64,000 nt of DNA, taken from contig CAJINV010000005.1 of assembly GCA_905178155.1 (NCBI GenBank), positions 5,458,690 through 5,522,689 of the forward strand, read 5' to 3'. The DNA is from Amoebophrya sp. A120. Its lineage: Eukaryota > Protista > Dinoflagellata. The notes under the pieces are model-generated. The model made no database searches. It was not told the origin of the DNA and was given only the letters and a program-made list of their open reading frames with translations. This document shows, piece by piece, positions 35,328 to 48,400 of this stretch (the first letter of the stretch is position 1; the number at the start of each line of letters is the position of its first letter). Position numbers and translations under genes: made by a program.

Positions 35328-38153
35328 ATGAGGGGGAGCGGGAGTTGTGCACTTTCATACGTGGGGGACCCGCAACGGGAAGAAGTTGCAGGGACGGCCA
35401 GCAACTTCCACGATTATCAAATGCAAAAATGTAGCCTGGGTCTGGGGGGGTCAAACTTGTGATGCTGCTTCTCCAAAAAAATCATGATATTGCCTGAGCA
35501 GCAAGAGAAGACGTCGAGTTTTTGCTACACGGGAGGCGCGGCAGTTCTCATACGGGCGTGTAAGGAGGCATCAAGAAGCACTCAGAAAATCTGTGAGGCT
35601 ACTTTTAGGGAATATATACATTCCGGACGTCAACAACAGCAAAATCTGCATGACAAGTTGCAACCTCCCAGACCCAGACGCAAACATGGTTGCAATGCAT
35701 ATTAACGATGTTGCTCCGGACGCGGCGCCCGCGGCCGCGGTTATTTCGTCTTTCGTCGAAACCATCGCTGAACCTGAAACCAACCACCTTGACGAGTATC
35801 AAATGCAAAATTGTCTGGGTCTGGAAAGGTGTGACTTGTGATGCTGCTTTAGGATTCCGAAAGAAATTGTATTTTGCGTGAGTAGCAAGTGGAGACGTCT
35901 AGTTTTTGTTACGCGGGAACGGCATTTCTCATTACGTGGGTAGTCATCAAAAAGAAGAAGAACTCAAAAAATCTGTGATGCTGGTCAGTACATCACGGAC
36001 GTCACGGGCATATATGTAAAATCTGCATGACAGGTAGAAGTTGCAACTACCTTCCAGATCAGCCGGAAATATTTGCAATGCATAGCGAAGCTGTTGCTCC
36101 GGGTCCGGACGCGACGCCCGCTGGCGCAGTTTCGTCCTTCGTTGAAACCATCGCTGGCGCAGACGGAAATCCCGCGGCAGAAAAGTTGCCCTCGTCATTG
36201 CAGACGATATGAAGTGCAAATATCCCTGGATGTCTGGAGGAATGCAGCTTGTGATGCTGCATTTGGATTTCAAAAAAATCTGTATTGCATGAGCAGCAAA
36301 GGGAGCGCATTTTTTGCTACTTACGCGGTAGTAGGGGTATTTGTCATGCGGAATAGGCATCAAGAAGCCGTCAAAAAATGTGTGATGCTATCGCATGCAT
36401 CACAGATCGATCATGGCTCATGCAACACGTGCGTGACAAGTCTCAGAATCTTCCAGTGACCCAGAGGACATTTTTACAGTTGATAGACGACCGAAGAAAG
36501 CAAGTTCCTGGCGCCGCGCAAGGAGGCCGTGGCGAGTCATCTGTGGTCCTTCTTCTTGGACGACTCGGCGAAAGCGGGCGCAGACCACGCGCTATCCTGT
36601 GCAAAAGTGTCTGGGTCTGGAAGATTGGAACTTGTGATGCGAACTTTGGACTCTAGAAAAATCTGTATTGCATGACCAGCAAGAGGAGGCTAGTTTGTGC
36701 TACGCGGGGAGGGCGTTTGTTATGCGGAGTAGGCATCAGGAAGCCCTCTCAAAATCGGAGATGCGCGGTCGTGCATTACAGACATCCTGGGTCATGCAAA
36801 ACATGCATGACAAATCTCAGAATCTTCCAGACCCAGACACTTTTACATTTGATATTACGTGCCTTCAGCGGACGACGAAAACGACGAACCGCACGACAGT
36901 ACGGCGTGAGGAAGATGGAACTGGACGTATGAATTGCAAGACAAAGCATCGTATTAGTATAACCAGCCATGCTCCGGCTACCGCCGGAGCGCAAGGCTGT
37001 TTGGCCGGGTCTGAACTGCTTGCGGACCGGACCACAGCGACATACATACTCATGCCCCCACAGAACTCTCTGCGCGCTTCTCGCGCCTAAGGGCGCTCTG
37101 CGCAGGGAGGAGCTACCGCGAGCACTGGGGCAGAACAGGACGCACCTAGGTGCCACACCAATCCGCTACGCATGCCTTTCGTTAATCAAGATGAACCACG
37201 AACCCCGCCCCATTCCCCGGCTTCGCTACTTTTTCAATGNNNNNNNNNNNNNNNNNNNNNNNNNNNNNNNNNNNNNNNNNNNNNNNNNNNNNNNNNNNNN
37301 NNNNNNNNNNNNNNNNNNNNNNNNNNNNNNNNNNNNNNNNNNNNNNNNNNNNNNNNNNNNNNNNNNNNNNNNNNNNNNNNNNNGGTGCGCGAGAGGGTGG
37401 CAGGGACAAACGCCGCACCAAACAAGTCCGCGAAGAGCCTGCAATGCTGAATATGGGGACTGCCATGCGGATTCGCGCCCGCCACTTTGTGTCTTTACCC
37501 TCTCACAGACCTCTCGCAGACCCTCTTTTTTACCTCTTTTGGGGGTCCCCGCTAATAGTCCGGCTATACTCGCGGGCAGAGGTCGACAGAGGTGGCCCAG
37601 AGGTTGCCGAGAGGGTGCGCGAGAGGTTGGCCCTTATTCGCGCCACCTCTCTCGACCTCTGTCGACCTCTCGCGCCCCCTTTTTTTGACCTCTCTGCACC
37701 CTCTGAGGCACTTAGGCGCCGCCTTAAGGTGGGGCCTTCAGCTGGCTATACTCGCGCACCCTCTCGCCGACCCTCTCGAAAGGGGTCCCGCGCCACCTCT
37801 CCACCTCTGTCGACCTCTTTTTTACCTCTTTTGGCCTCTTTTTGACCTCTCGGCCACCTCTTGTTTACCCTCTGTCTACCTCTTTTTTCGCATGAATATA
37901 ATATATAAGTAAATCGCATGACAAATCTCCTCAGCATGAGAAATAGAATTTGTAATGCGGATTCAACTTGAGAAAGGAACTTGTAATGCATGAATGCGAT
38001 TAGTACCACTACGATACTTTTGCACAGGATAGGAGGACAACTACAACCGTTTGCCTTTGTTTTGATGTTCAATCATGTGTTTTTATTTTTTGTTCGTATT
38101 GTTTTCCAAGGTCCAGAAGCTCGACAAAATAAAAAGTTTTCGAAAAAAAAGTA
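35328..38153 (+). CDS. Multi-exon hypothetical protein with five introners (boundaries uncertain)
   Basis: Spliced frame ...SNFHD|DVAPDAAPAAAVISSFVETIA..DE|AVAPGPDATPAGAVSSFVETIA..LQT|TEESKFLAPRKEAVASHLWSFFLDD. Confidence 0.5.
35415..35701. mobile_element. Introner family E
   Basis: TATCAAATGCAAAAATG..CTGGGTCTGG / CCAGACCCAGAC..TTGCAATGCATA. Confidence 0.82.
35797..36084. mobile_element. Introner family E
   Basis: TIR TATCAAATGCAAAA / TATTTGCAATGCATA; DR ACGAG/GCGAA. Confidence 0.82.
36208..36485. mobile_element. Introner family E
   Basis: TIR TATGAAGTGCAAAT / ATTTTTACAGTTGATA; DR GACGA. Confidence 0.88.
36593..36854. mobile_element. Introner family E with C-type terminal cap
   Basis: TATCCTGTGCAAAAGTGTCTGGGTCTGGAAGATT / AATCTTCCAGACCCAGACACTTTTACATTTGATA. 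Confidence 0.85.
36928..38031 (-). mobile_element. Composite family C introner with ~0.9 kb cargo (inverted copy of 55881-56951; contains an N gap)
   Basis: C-type TIRs, DR GGACG/GGAGG; interior is the reverse complement of the 55881 copy's cargo. Confidence 0.85.
37240..37383. other. Assembly gap
   Basis: Run of N, at the position of the CCCTCTCGCGC(C)A repeat seen in the sister copy. Confidence 0.99.
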
Positions 38154-38425
38154 AAGAACTTACCAAAAAGCTCCTATTAAATTAAAAGCGCTTCTGTTCG
38201 GAAGAAGCAAGGCACGTAAAACTAAAAGCTGCAAAAGCGCCGTTTATTCATCATATACACCGCTAAAACGTACTATTTTTGTCGGCCATCAAGTAAAAAA
38301 AGTAGGCCGTTCTTGATTCCAGCTGCCGCCGGACGAGATGTATTTGAATTTGAAAATATTGCTTTTTACAGGATGCATGAAATTGAAATTATACAAGTTA
38401 GTATGAGGAGGCCTCACAACATTCG

Positions 38426-38748
38426 TATGAAAGGTTCAGGCGGGAAATCCTCAAAGTGGAAATAGTTTTTAATTGCAAAAAATGAACCTTCAGTTGAACT
38501 TGAAGCGCCCACTTCTAGGCAGAGCATGACAAACTTCCCGGGCACTCGAGGCATCTCTGTCATTCTGGATTATAATGTAAAGGGGCCTGCTGACCCTTCT
38601 CACTCTCGTGCTAATCAGCACTCCAATTCTTAACCCGGCGTAGAAAGACAAATACAAAAATATTCGGCCTTCGTTGCGTCCTCTGCAGTCATCATGCGTC
38701 GCAAATTGATATTTCCACTTTGGAGATTTCCATTCTGAGGCTTTCATA
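38426..38748. mobile_element. Introner family K
   Basis: TIR TATGAAAG..CAAAGTGGAAATA / TATTTCCACTTTG..CTTTCATA. Confidence 0.85.
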
Positions 38749-38782
38749 CATCGCGGCATCTGCATCGTCCCGGTTCCGCGGC

Positions 38783-39034
38783 TATCAAATGTAAAAATGT
38801 CTGGGTCTAGAAGAATGCAAGTTTGTCATGCTTGTCTGGCATGACTCTTAAATCTGTCATGCACATTACCAAAGAGCCCCACTTTTCTGTCATGCAGAAA
38901 CGTAGTTGGTCATGCAGAATAGGCAACACCTAGAAGCTCAGAAACTTGTCATGCTGAGCCAGCAATTGTGGCCTCCTCATGATATGCCACACAGCGTCAC
39001 AAGTTTCCAGACCCAGACACTTTTACACTTGATA
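38783..39034. mobile_element. Introner family E
   Basis: TIR TATCAAATGTAAAAATGTCTGGGTCT; DR GCGGC. Confidence 0.92.
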
Positions 39035-39066
39035 GCGGCCATCGCAGAAAGAGGGACGCAGGGTTC

Positions 39067-39365
39067 TATCCTGAGTAAGAACTACGTCCCCACATGCACA
39101 TTTGCATCTGAAGAAAAATCTGTATCGCAAAAGAGGAATTCGGAGTGGTGTTCTGGGAAGATTTGTAATGCTGTATAACAGGAAGATGAGCAGCCGTGTT
39201 TGTGATGCTGCTGTCCTTGCTAGTAAAGGTAAACTGCACTACACTACACCTACACCTACAGAAGATAGAAACTTGTCATGCATAAGAACTCGGAAATAAA
39301 CTTGGAGATTTGTGTTGCAGATTTACCAGCTTGGCTATAGGGCGGGGACGTTTTTACTCAGGATA
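39067..39365. mobile_element. Introner family D
   Basis: TIR TATCCTGAGTAA..ACGTCCCC / GGGGACGTTTTTACTCAGGATA. Confidence 0.85.
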
Positions 39366-39622
39366 GGGCTTGGTTAAGGTTTTAAATACAAGAGCTTGCT
39401 TTTTTTACGAAGTAGAACAAGATGAAATACCAAATACAAGTACAACTACGAGAAGCACTTCTACCATCCAAGCGAGGTGGGCCGCGCTTGCTTCGCTTTC
39501 GATTTGTTTCGGGTTTATTTTTACAAAAGTATGTAGGTTCATCTATTTGTTTCTAATTTACTTCCCAACTCGACCAGAATTTTCCACGATGAACCAGTAC
39601 AAGTGTGGAGGTTTACTATTTA

Positions 39623-39689
39623 TTTTCAGAGTTTGGGTTTGGAGGTGTTTTCAGGGTTTGGGTTTGGAGGTGTTTTCAGGGTTTGGGTC
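39623..39689 (+). repeat. Short tandem repeat (~26-bp unit, ~2.5 copies)
   Basis: TTTTCAG[AG]GTTTGGGTTTGGAGGTG repeated. Confidence 0.75.
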
Positions 39690-40392
39690 AGTGGCCTCGT
39701 CGGGGGTCTTGGTTGCCTCGTCAGGTTTATTTTTATCCTCGTCAGGCAATTTTTATCCTCGGCGGGCTTTTTTCCAAGAACAGGTAGGAGCTTACTTCTA
39801 CTTGTTTCTTACCATGCGTTTAGGTCCATGCACTCCTGTCGGTCTGAAATATTGAGGCCCGTCGCGGAAAAGTAGCAGTAAAAACACAACCAGACGGACG
39901 CGGACCGCGGCAGCTGGGGTAGTTTTTTCCTTTTGATGTGTAAGTATTTTTACTCTCTGTGGTCTTCACGGCTACTGCAAGGTGGTCGAGGTGGTCTATG
40001 GCCGAGGAGTAGAGCAGCCCGTGACGGTTTATTTCACGCTTTTTTTACATAAGTCGTTAGGAAGAAACTACGTCTGTACTTTATTTCTACGAATGCGAAC
40101 GTGACTCATGCTGCCAAGGGAGTTGTAGAAGGGTCTACACGTAGTAGAAGTGGCGCTAATGATATCTTTTGTGTAAGAGCACCAATCTTCGGGGAGAACG
40201 CTATCATTGATATTGAAAACGGCTCTAAAAATTGAACCGTACAGCACTAGTATTGTAGGAGCTCGCCCCGATGGGCTCCTCCTGCCGCAACAACACACAA
40301 TCACAAGAGCTCGAGCGCTGCTTTGATCAAATTTCTTGTTTTCTGCGACAGTTTACAACTACGCCGATGAACACGAAGTAGCCACAGCAAAA

Positions 40393-40634
40393 TATGGGAC
40401 TCTCAAACGTTAACATTCTCAACTGTTACATGATTTGCCATGCGAAATTGCCTTCACCAGAATCGACACCATCAAGCTGCCTCGCATGACAAATTCTCAG
40501 AGGGCCAAACAGGCTGATAGAAGTCGGTGCCAGATCTGTCATGCAAGACGCGCAAGATCCCCCCTATCACTTTTGCCATTCTTGCATCACAAATCTATGT
40601 AACAGTTGAGAACGTAACAGCTGAGAACGCCATA
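40393..40634. mobile_element. Introner family G
   Basis: TIR TATGGGACTCTCA..ACATTCTCAACTGTTACAT / ATGTAACAGTTGAGAA..TGAGAACGCCATA; DR CAAAA. Confidence 0.9.
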
Positions 40635-40704
40635 CAAAAAATGGATGTCGCAGAACTTCTACTTAAAGACAACATCGATTATAAGGCTTCTTACGTTCTT
40701 TCTA

Positions 40705-40966
40705 TATGGATTGTAAAAATGTCTGGGTCTGGAAGGACGCGAACTTGTCATGCTAAGTCTGGATAGTACATAAATTTGTGCTGCATGATTGCCAAAAGGT
40801 GTCCACTTTTGAACAAGTGTGGAGGCAGTTTGTCATGCAGGATAGACATGATAGGGACTTCGAAGAACCTGTCATGCTAGGTCCTGCATTGCAGACCTCA
40901 TGGGGCACGGAAAATATGCATGACAAGTTTGCAATCTTCCAGACCCAGACATTTTTGCATTTGATA
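40705..40966. mobile_element. Introner family E
   Basis: TIR AAAAATGTCTGGGTCTGGAAG; DR TTCTA. Confidence 0.92.
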
Positions 40967-41234
40967 TTCTATGAAGTATTTTTATTTCAACACTTTTGAC
41001 AAGTTTACACATTCTTTCACATAATTAATTAATAACTACAACTTTTACTTCCTTCGGGGAGCACTTTTGTACATTATGAGCATTAACTTTGTTTTTTGCA
41101 TAACATATTACAATTACATCACCACTTTTCCGAGTTTTACACATACTCCTGAAAATCAGCTGTACAATCAAAACCACTTATGTCTGTGCATTTTTACTAA
41201 CGAACCCTCCAGAATGTCATAATTTTCAAGAAGT

Positions 41235-41395
41235 TATCACAAGAAAAAGTGTTAACGTTAACGGAATTTGTGATGCAGAAATGCATCACAAGACGTGTCA
41301 GAATTTGTCATGCATAGCATGCATATTGGGCTACATTTGTGATGCATGACTGCAATCTGTGAAAACCGTTAACGTTAACACTTTTTCCTGTGATA
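41235..41395. mobile_element. Introner family L
   Basis: TIR TATCACA.GAAAAAGTGTTAACGTTAACGG; DR GAAGT. Confidence 0.93.
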
Positions 41396-42148
41396 GAAGT
41401 CGAAAGAATATTACGAACATAAAGCGACCCCGATCGAAAACAACAAGAACTCGAAAATTTTGTTTATCCCCCGGAAGCAGCAGGAGAGGTAGTAATAAGT
41501 AGTAGTTGTCAATAAAGCAGGAGGAATTATAGACAGCTGCAAACTACTAGCAGTAGACTTCGTAGCGACCTGTTACAAAAAACGTCTTGCTTTATTCCCC
41601 GCTCCGTTTTTTCTTTTCTCTCCCTGGCGCCGTCGTGTTTTTTTGTAAAATACCGGTACTGGTGGCACCGTGGGACGGAAATGAAATCCGGAGCGCTGGA
41701 GGAGCTGGTGGTCGTTTGCAGGCAAGAATGTAGTGATGTTGAACAAGAATTGATTTTTAGTGCGAGAATGTAGTGGCTGGTGCTAGTACTTTAACATTAA
41801 CTTCTTGTATCATGATGATGGGGATGAAATAATAAAAGTCCAATCCTTCTTGTTTCTTTGTTGATTTCTCGTCTTTGTTGTCCTCACACCACGACGTTGT
41901 AGGACCACCAGGAACAGATGAAGCTCCAATCGGCCGCGCCGGAGTGAAGAACCTCCTCCAACCGGCGCCCGCCGGAGTGAACAACGCGATGAAATGAAGA
42001 AGAAGAGAAAGAAGAAGAACAAGAAGTCAATCTAATTATCAGAGCTGCAGTATGGCTACTTATCATTCCCATCCACGATATATAAGGGAGCGCCGGCACC
42101 AGGACGGATAGAAATAGATACTTACATCACTACAAACATATTGAAATA

Positions 42149-42482
42149 TATGGGAGTGTCAGGATTGAAATCGACAGAGGTGAAATAGCTTGCAATTAAA
42201 ATCGATACCACTTGGGCCCACAGTTCTTTTTAGTCGGTCCATGACAAATCTTGTCCGTAATATCGGAGGCCAGTTTGTCATTCTGTTTAGGGCAACAAAG
42301 GGCAGCTTCCCTCTGTGATGCTAATCAGCAGCCCAATAATTGCTCTCGACTCTTATCAGCACTACAATCTGCCTCCCTTGTGTCCTCAGCAATAGAGGCA
42401 ATTTCTGCGTTGTTGTATTTTATGCATGACAAACTAGAACTACTATTTCAACTTTGACGACTTCGATCCTGACACATCCATG
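42149..42482. mobile_element. Introner family B (degenerate DR)
   Basis: TIR TATGGGAGTGTCAGGAT / ATCCTGACACATCCATG. Confidence 0.82.
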
Positions 42483-42721
42483 AAGATGAAAAAGCTACGA
42501 AACAGTATTACAACAGCAACAAGATGAAGGACCGGGACAAGTTAAGTAGAACAAGCTGCGACAAGAACAACCGGTTCTCGAGAACACCACAACTGCTCTG
42601 CCTTTGCTGCAAAATTAATCTCGATCATTTACGAAAACGAAAAATTAAGAATAGACTTGCCGAAAAAATAAAGCACTACCCCACGACAAAAGAAAAAAAA
42701 CCAGTACTACTAGCACAGCCG

Positions 42722-42787
42722 TCCACAACTACAGCTGCGAGCTTCTGACTATACTCCACAACTACAGCTGCGAACTTCTGACTATAC
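42722..42787 (+). repeat. 33-bp tandem duplication
   Basis: TCCACAACTACAGCTGCGA[GA]CTTCTGACTATAC x2. Confidence 0.8.
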
Positions 42788-45414
42788 GTGCCAATGGATG
42801 GTGGAAAATAAATTCTAGAACTTCTAAAGAGCGCAAAAACTACAAAGTGCGAAAGGAGGATGGAAGAACCAACTGTAGTTGAAAATAGAAGTTGATGTCC
42901 TCAAGAAGAACAATGGTTTCAGTTTCAGATTATAATGGCCCGCCAGGTCCGTGAGGAACTTACTACAACTAGAGAGGGCAAGAACTTCTACGTACTTACT
43001 TACAGTTACAGCGAGTAGTTCTACTAGTTGGAGGATATCTTTATCTTCAGAATTTCATGCTGCTTTCTTCTTCTCCAGGACCAGGACCATTAAGATTGAC
43101 CAAGTTTGGTTATCAGTCCTGGTCCAGCAGAGACGAAGAGGAAGCAGGACTGAATCATGGCACTTCGCTGCGCCAAAAAAAAGCTTGTTTTTCTACTGAA
43201 GAGAAGATCAACATCAACCAGCAAGAACTTCTTGAAGAAAACTTTGATTGCGCGTGCTTTTTTAGAAGGGATGGAATAAGCGGAAAGGTAGTAAACTGGT
43301 GAAAAAAAAGATAAAAAGAAGCAGAGCAGGGCCGCGGTCCATCTAGTGGTGGAACGACCGCTAGTCTTGTTTCCGGCCAAGAACAAGCCTCTAGTTCTGC
43401 TGAGCAGGCAAAGGTTCGGGGTCGCGTGGTAAATAATAACAAGGTGTTCAACTACATCTTGATCTTCGTGGCGCTCCCAGACGTCGCAGAACGACATCTG
43501 TCTTGTGGTCGTTGTGTAGGTTTACTTTCGGTCCGTCCTCGTGTTGAACTTCTAAAAGTCGTGGTCGTGATTGAATGAGTAATACTTATTTCCGAGACGC
43601 AGCGGCAGCTGCTCCTGGCGATTAATATATGAATGGGCAAAATAGAAATACAAAAAGGCCTCAATAAAGATTTTTCTAAAATCAGAAAAACGCACAACCT
43701 GCCACGAATACGAGACAACTACCCAGCACGAATCAGGGCACGCCCTCAGACGAACTGCAGCCCCCTGCTGCCCATGAAAAAAGGACGAGAACCGTCTTCG
43801 CCCCCTCTGTCGGCCACAAATAAAGGCCTGGGCGCGGCGGGCGAAGATGGTGGTCGCCGCAGAGTAGGAGCGCGAAAGCAATTTATTACCGCACACAGCA
43901 CTGCGCCGCAAAGAAAGAAAAAAGTTTTTCCGCAATAAATAAAGCATGAAGAACATCAAGGCAGCGCGAGCTTCGTTGAGAAAGCCGAAAGATAGATTTC
44001 TCTCCCGACGGCCCACTCTCTTCGAACGCAATTTCTCTCCACCAGGGCCAGCTGGGCTTGTTGGGGAAGGAGTTGCCGCGTCTGGTGGCGCGGCTCAATA
44101 CAGTTTGGAACATCTTCTTCTGGGGGCGCTCAATACTGTATACCTATACTGTTTCTCGTCGTCCCACATCTATTATCACAAGGAATGCCCAAAGGATATT
44201 GCGAGATCAGTTTATATTAGGAGGAAAAACTTCTCCTGACTGAAGATCTCAGAATTATCAACATGGAGGACCCATTTTTCTATTGGTAGCTACTTAAGTA
44301 CCCTTGTGCGCCGACGTAGCATTAGTATGAAAGAAAAGCAAGAGGAAGGAAGATCTCACCTAGTTTCAACTTTCGTGCGATCTCCTCGTCGTATTTATTC
44401 TTGGCCTTTTTTTAGACTAGAGCGTGCCTGTCGTGTTTGGTCATCTGCAGGTAGGTACTACGTGTACGACAGCGATACGTCCGATCTATTAGACAACCCT
44501 CCTTGTTACACCAGCTACTAGCAGCAACGAGCCCGAAGTTGTTGTTTTTGTGTTTCATCTCTCGATCAACATACCAGGAAAGGAGCCATATTAACGCGGC
44601 CAACCAGCAGAGATCAAAAATTCGGAAGATGATCTACATGTGCAGCTTCTGTAGTTGGTTTCAGCACGACGCGGGTGGTTCAATAGGTTGTGAAGCTGGC
44701 TTTTTTTTTATTTCTTCATCCTGTTACGCATGTTGTGGAATTCGAATTTCAGGGCGACGCGCCGTTTGAAATATTGTTTCAAATTTTCTAATTCTAACTT
44801 GCTATCTTGCATGTATAAAATCTTAATTCTTGTTGTTTTTTTTTCTGGCACACGACATATTTGGCCAACTTCTGCATAAGCATGATGTAGATGTTGACCA
44901 AAAGAGCCGTAAATAAAATATCAAGTTTCACCCGCCTTCTCGCTTCCTGTAGCTCTTTTAGTGTGTCTATTAGTCCTAATGAGATGATCTTTTTGTTCGT
45001 CAGACCGACTCGGACGACGACCATGAGTTGCAAGTAGATCCTTTCCCTGTGAACGTTGGTTTTTGGCGTAGTAATTGTATTCAAGAGCTGTTTATAGTTT
45101 TTCGAATACCACATTTTGCGAACACGATAAAAGTTGCACACACCGAAGGTCAATGTTTCGAACTTATTTTTTCACTTCGGAATAATGTTTGTCGTGATTC
45201 AAGAACATATTCGTCATCGTATTTCCCCGTTTGAAGATGATGTCTCGACTGCATAATTAAGCTCTACAACTTCTATTTGGTGTTGGTCGGAACAAAGGGG
45301 AGATTTTTTGTTGCTTGTTTACGCACAACAGTTCAGCAACTACTACAGCCCCCGCTTTTATAATTTCATCGATCCTAGATGCGTTTGTAGCACCGCTACC
45401 GCAAGAGGAAGAAG

Positions 45415-48400
45415 ATGCTGAAAAGCTGCAAGAGGAACTCATCACGAGGACCTCTTCTTCGCGACGGGCAGCTCCGACGCGGCCGAGTGGGTTCTTGTGG
45501 TCGAAGGAAGATGCAGGAAAATTGTAGGCTTACAAAAGAAGAAGTCGACGACCACGTGGCGGAGGCGGACAACTACAACATGGACATCGAAAAAGCTGCA
45601 AGGGCGCCGACGAGCTGCACCAGCTGGGAAATAAGCGACCAGCTTCTGCAGCTGAAGATGCTCCTGTCAAGAAAAAAGAAAAGAGCACGACGTATTCTTT
45701 CACGACCTGCTCATGCTGGTCTTGCTCAGATGAAGACCGTCCGTCGACCACAAGTACTACAGCTTCGTCCAGGATCAATGTCCTTATGGTCCCCGCGACT
45801 TGGAAAGAGGATGCGGCAGCAGGTGTTGAGGACAAATCGTCGTGTGAGGGGACCACAAAATCTTCCCAACAAAATTGTATTACACACTCACTACTGCACG
45901 AGCCGCAGGGGCGGGGCGTCGAATGATAGAGCAAAGTCAAAGAGAGGGAGAGCTGTCCGCATCAAAACATCGGCGGAGGTGGAGCTTCGTGGTGGATCTG
46001 CGTTGACCTCGAGAAATGAAATTGCGCACGCCCCAGCAGCGAGAGGGGCGGCCCAGCAACACCAACAGCAATGGCATGTAGATGAATCTTCAAGAACAGA
46101 CAGAGACGGAGACCATACTGTTACTGGCCGCGGCCCATCAAGAAGATCAGCATCTGATCTGGATCTTCGCGCAAGTAGAAGCGCAGAAAGAGCGACTTCC
46201 AGGCGAGAGCAGGACGACGATCTGGCGTGCTTGCAACGGCCGACGTCAAGGCGCTCATCTTCAACATCATCGTTAAAGCCCTCTGCCGAAGAAGTTCTTT
46301 TATCGGACGAACGAAAAATGGACAAAAACTTCAGAACCTTCTACACAGACAGCGCTTGTTTCAACGAACGAGTTTTTCGCATTCCATGTCTACCACAACG
46401 TGGTCTGCTTCACGAAGAACCATGTACTAGAAGAAGTTCGGTTCTCTCAAGAACTTCTCGACAGCCGCGAAGAGGAAGCAGGACAAGGAATAGAAAAATA
46501 AATGCAGGCTCTACTACTACTCAATTCTCAACTCCTACCCGCTCTCTCCTCTCGTACGTGCTGGCACTAGCCGCTGGATCGGCTTCGGTGTTCACGCCCG
46601 GAAGTGGACTAGTGACCGCCTTCCGCCCTTCGTTGCGGACAGCAGGAGGGGGCCGTAGGGCGACGAACACTACCTCTGCCGGCGAGGACAACAGCACCGC
46701 AGGGGTCGTGGCCGCAGAGCACCAGGATCATGATGATGCGGAAGGGCGCCGCCCGCCTCCTGCAGGTGACGTTCCGATGCCCGCCGCTGGTGGTGCAGCT
46801 GCATCAGGGGAAGCTGGTGCAGCAGCAGAAGCAGCTGCTGCGACGCCTCCGGAGGCGGTCGCGTGTTCCGGAGAAGCTGCAGGAGCCCAGGGGACGGGTA
46901 GGACTTTTGGGATTCGAGCTGGTAGTGCAACTACTACCTCCGAGATCAGTAGAATTCCGTACGCCCAACGGCTGTATTACCACCACGCGAAAGCTATGGA
47001 GCGAAGAGTTGACGACTTGCTGACTGCCTTCTCCGAGAAGGATCATCCGTTGCCGGGGTTTGTCGCATCGTTGGGACTGATATCCAGGAAAAAACACCCA
47101 TCTCCATCCAATTTGTCACGCAAGACATGCATAAGGTCCACTATTTGCCATGCAAAAAATGGATGGGGATGGGTGTTTTTTCCTGGATAACTGATTGCAG
47201 CCGGAACTACGGCCGATCGTGGTTCCACGGCAGGGTCAACATCTGCTACTGCAGGAGCTACTTGTACTAGTTCTTCGCAACGAGGAGCAGGCGCTTGTGT
47301 TACTGCTAGTTCTACGGTCGGCCCTGCTTCTCTCAACGGGAAGAACGGCGGCGCGAGCAGCGTCCACGAACAGCAGAAGCAAGCACCTGGTGGAGAACCA
47401 GGAAGTATGGCCGCAGGTTCTCCCGCCACCACGGTCACCACTTGGACGCAGGCCATTGCGGACGAGCGAGCGCGCAAACACGCGGAGAGCAAGGATTCGG
47501 TGTCCTACAAGTCACGATTCGAACTGGCGAAGAGACAATACGTATCAAAGTGAAAAATCCTCCCTCCCCATATCAAGACGAAATTTCTGGTGCTGGATCT
47601 GCGTGCACAAATGACGTCTGTCTTGCAGTATAGGACTGCAGCCAGATGCTTAGCCTGTTTAGGAGTGTAGGTGTCTAGCTGTTTAGCATCAGAAACGCCT
47701 GCCCTGTAGGCCCACCAGCATGAGAAACCGCATCCACAATGCAGCGCACACAACGGCGCTTGCCTTCTTGCAAGACAGAGCTGATGTGTGACCACAAATC
47801 TGTATTACAAATTTTCAGAGAGTGATGGCATTCGCATTTTAATATGGGGAGGGGGCATTTTTCCTCACGATAATACGAGGAAACGCTTTTCAAGGGCTTC
47901 AAAAATGTCTTATCAGTGCATGAGGAGGCGGCGAGAACTTCTCCGGGACAAGAAGCCGGCTCTTGTGACGATGGTGCAGACAACATAACACGAACTACAT
48001 CAGGAGGAAAATATTCTCCAGCAGCAGCGGAAGGAGGTGCAACTGACAGGCTTAGTGAAGAAGATGCCGTGAAGATGTCGTGTGCCGGCGCAAGTAGTGC
48101 TTCGGCGTCCTATCAACCGACGTCTCTTGCTGATTTTGTCATCAAAGACATCACTATGGAGGCCCGGCGACAGGCAAAGAACCTGAAGGGCGGCGGCGAC
48201 GAGGATGAAAAAAAATCTTCTATTCCGGTCGTAGTTCAACCTCTTGCGCGGACCACTCTTGACCACACAGACGCAATTGCCGACCGTCTTGGGTCGATGT
48301 TCTTCCTCACGTTGCAAATGCAGAAGGTTCTGGTCGGGCAGATCTCGTACGAAATCCACAACATTGTCGACAGGCCCGCTTTATCAAATGCACACGTGTC

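Noticed and set aside
37237-37845. ORFs spanning the N run
   Set aside because: Artefacts of the assembly gap.
39623-39689. Telomere-like GGGTTT tract
   Set aside because: Part of a ~26-bp minisatellite, not a pure telomeric repeat.
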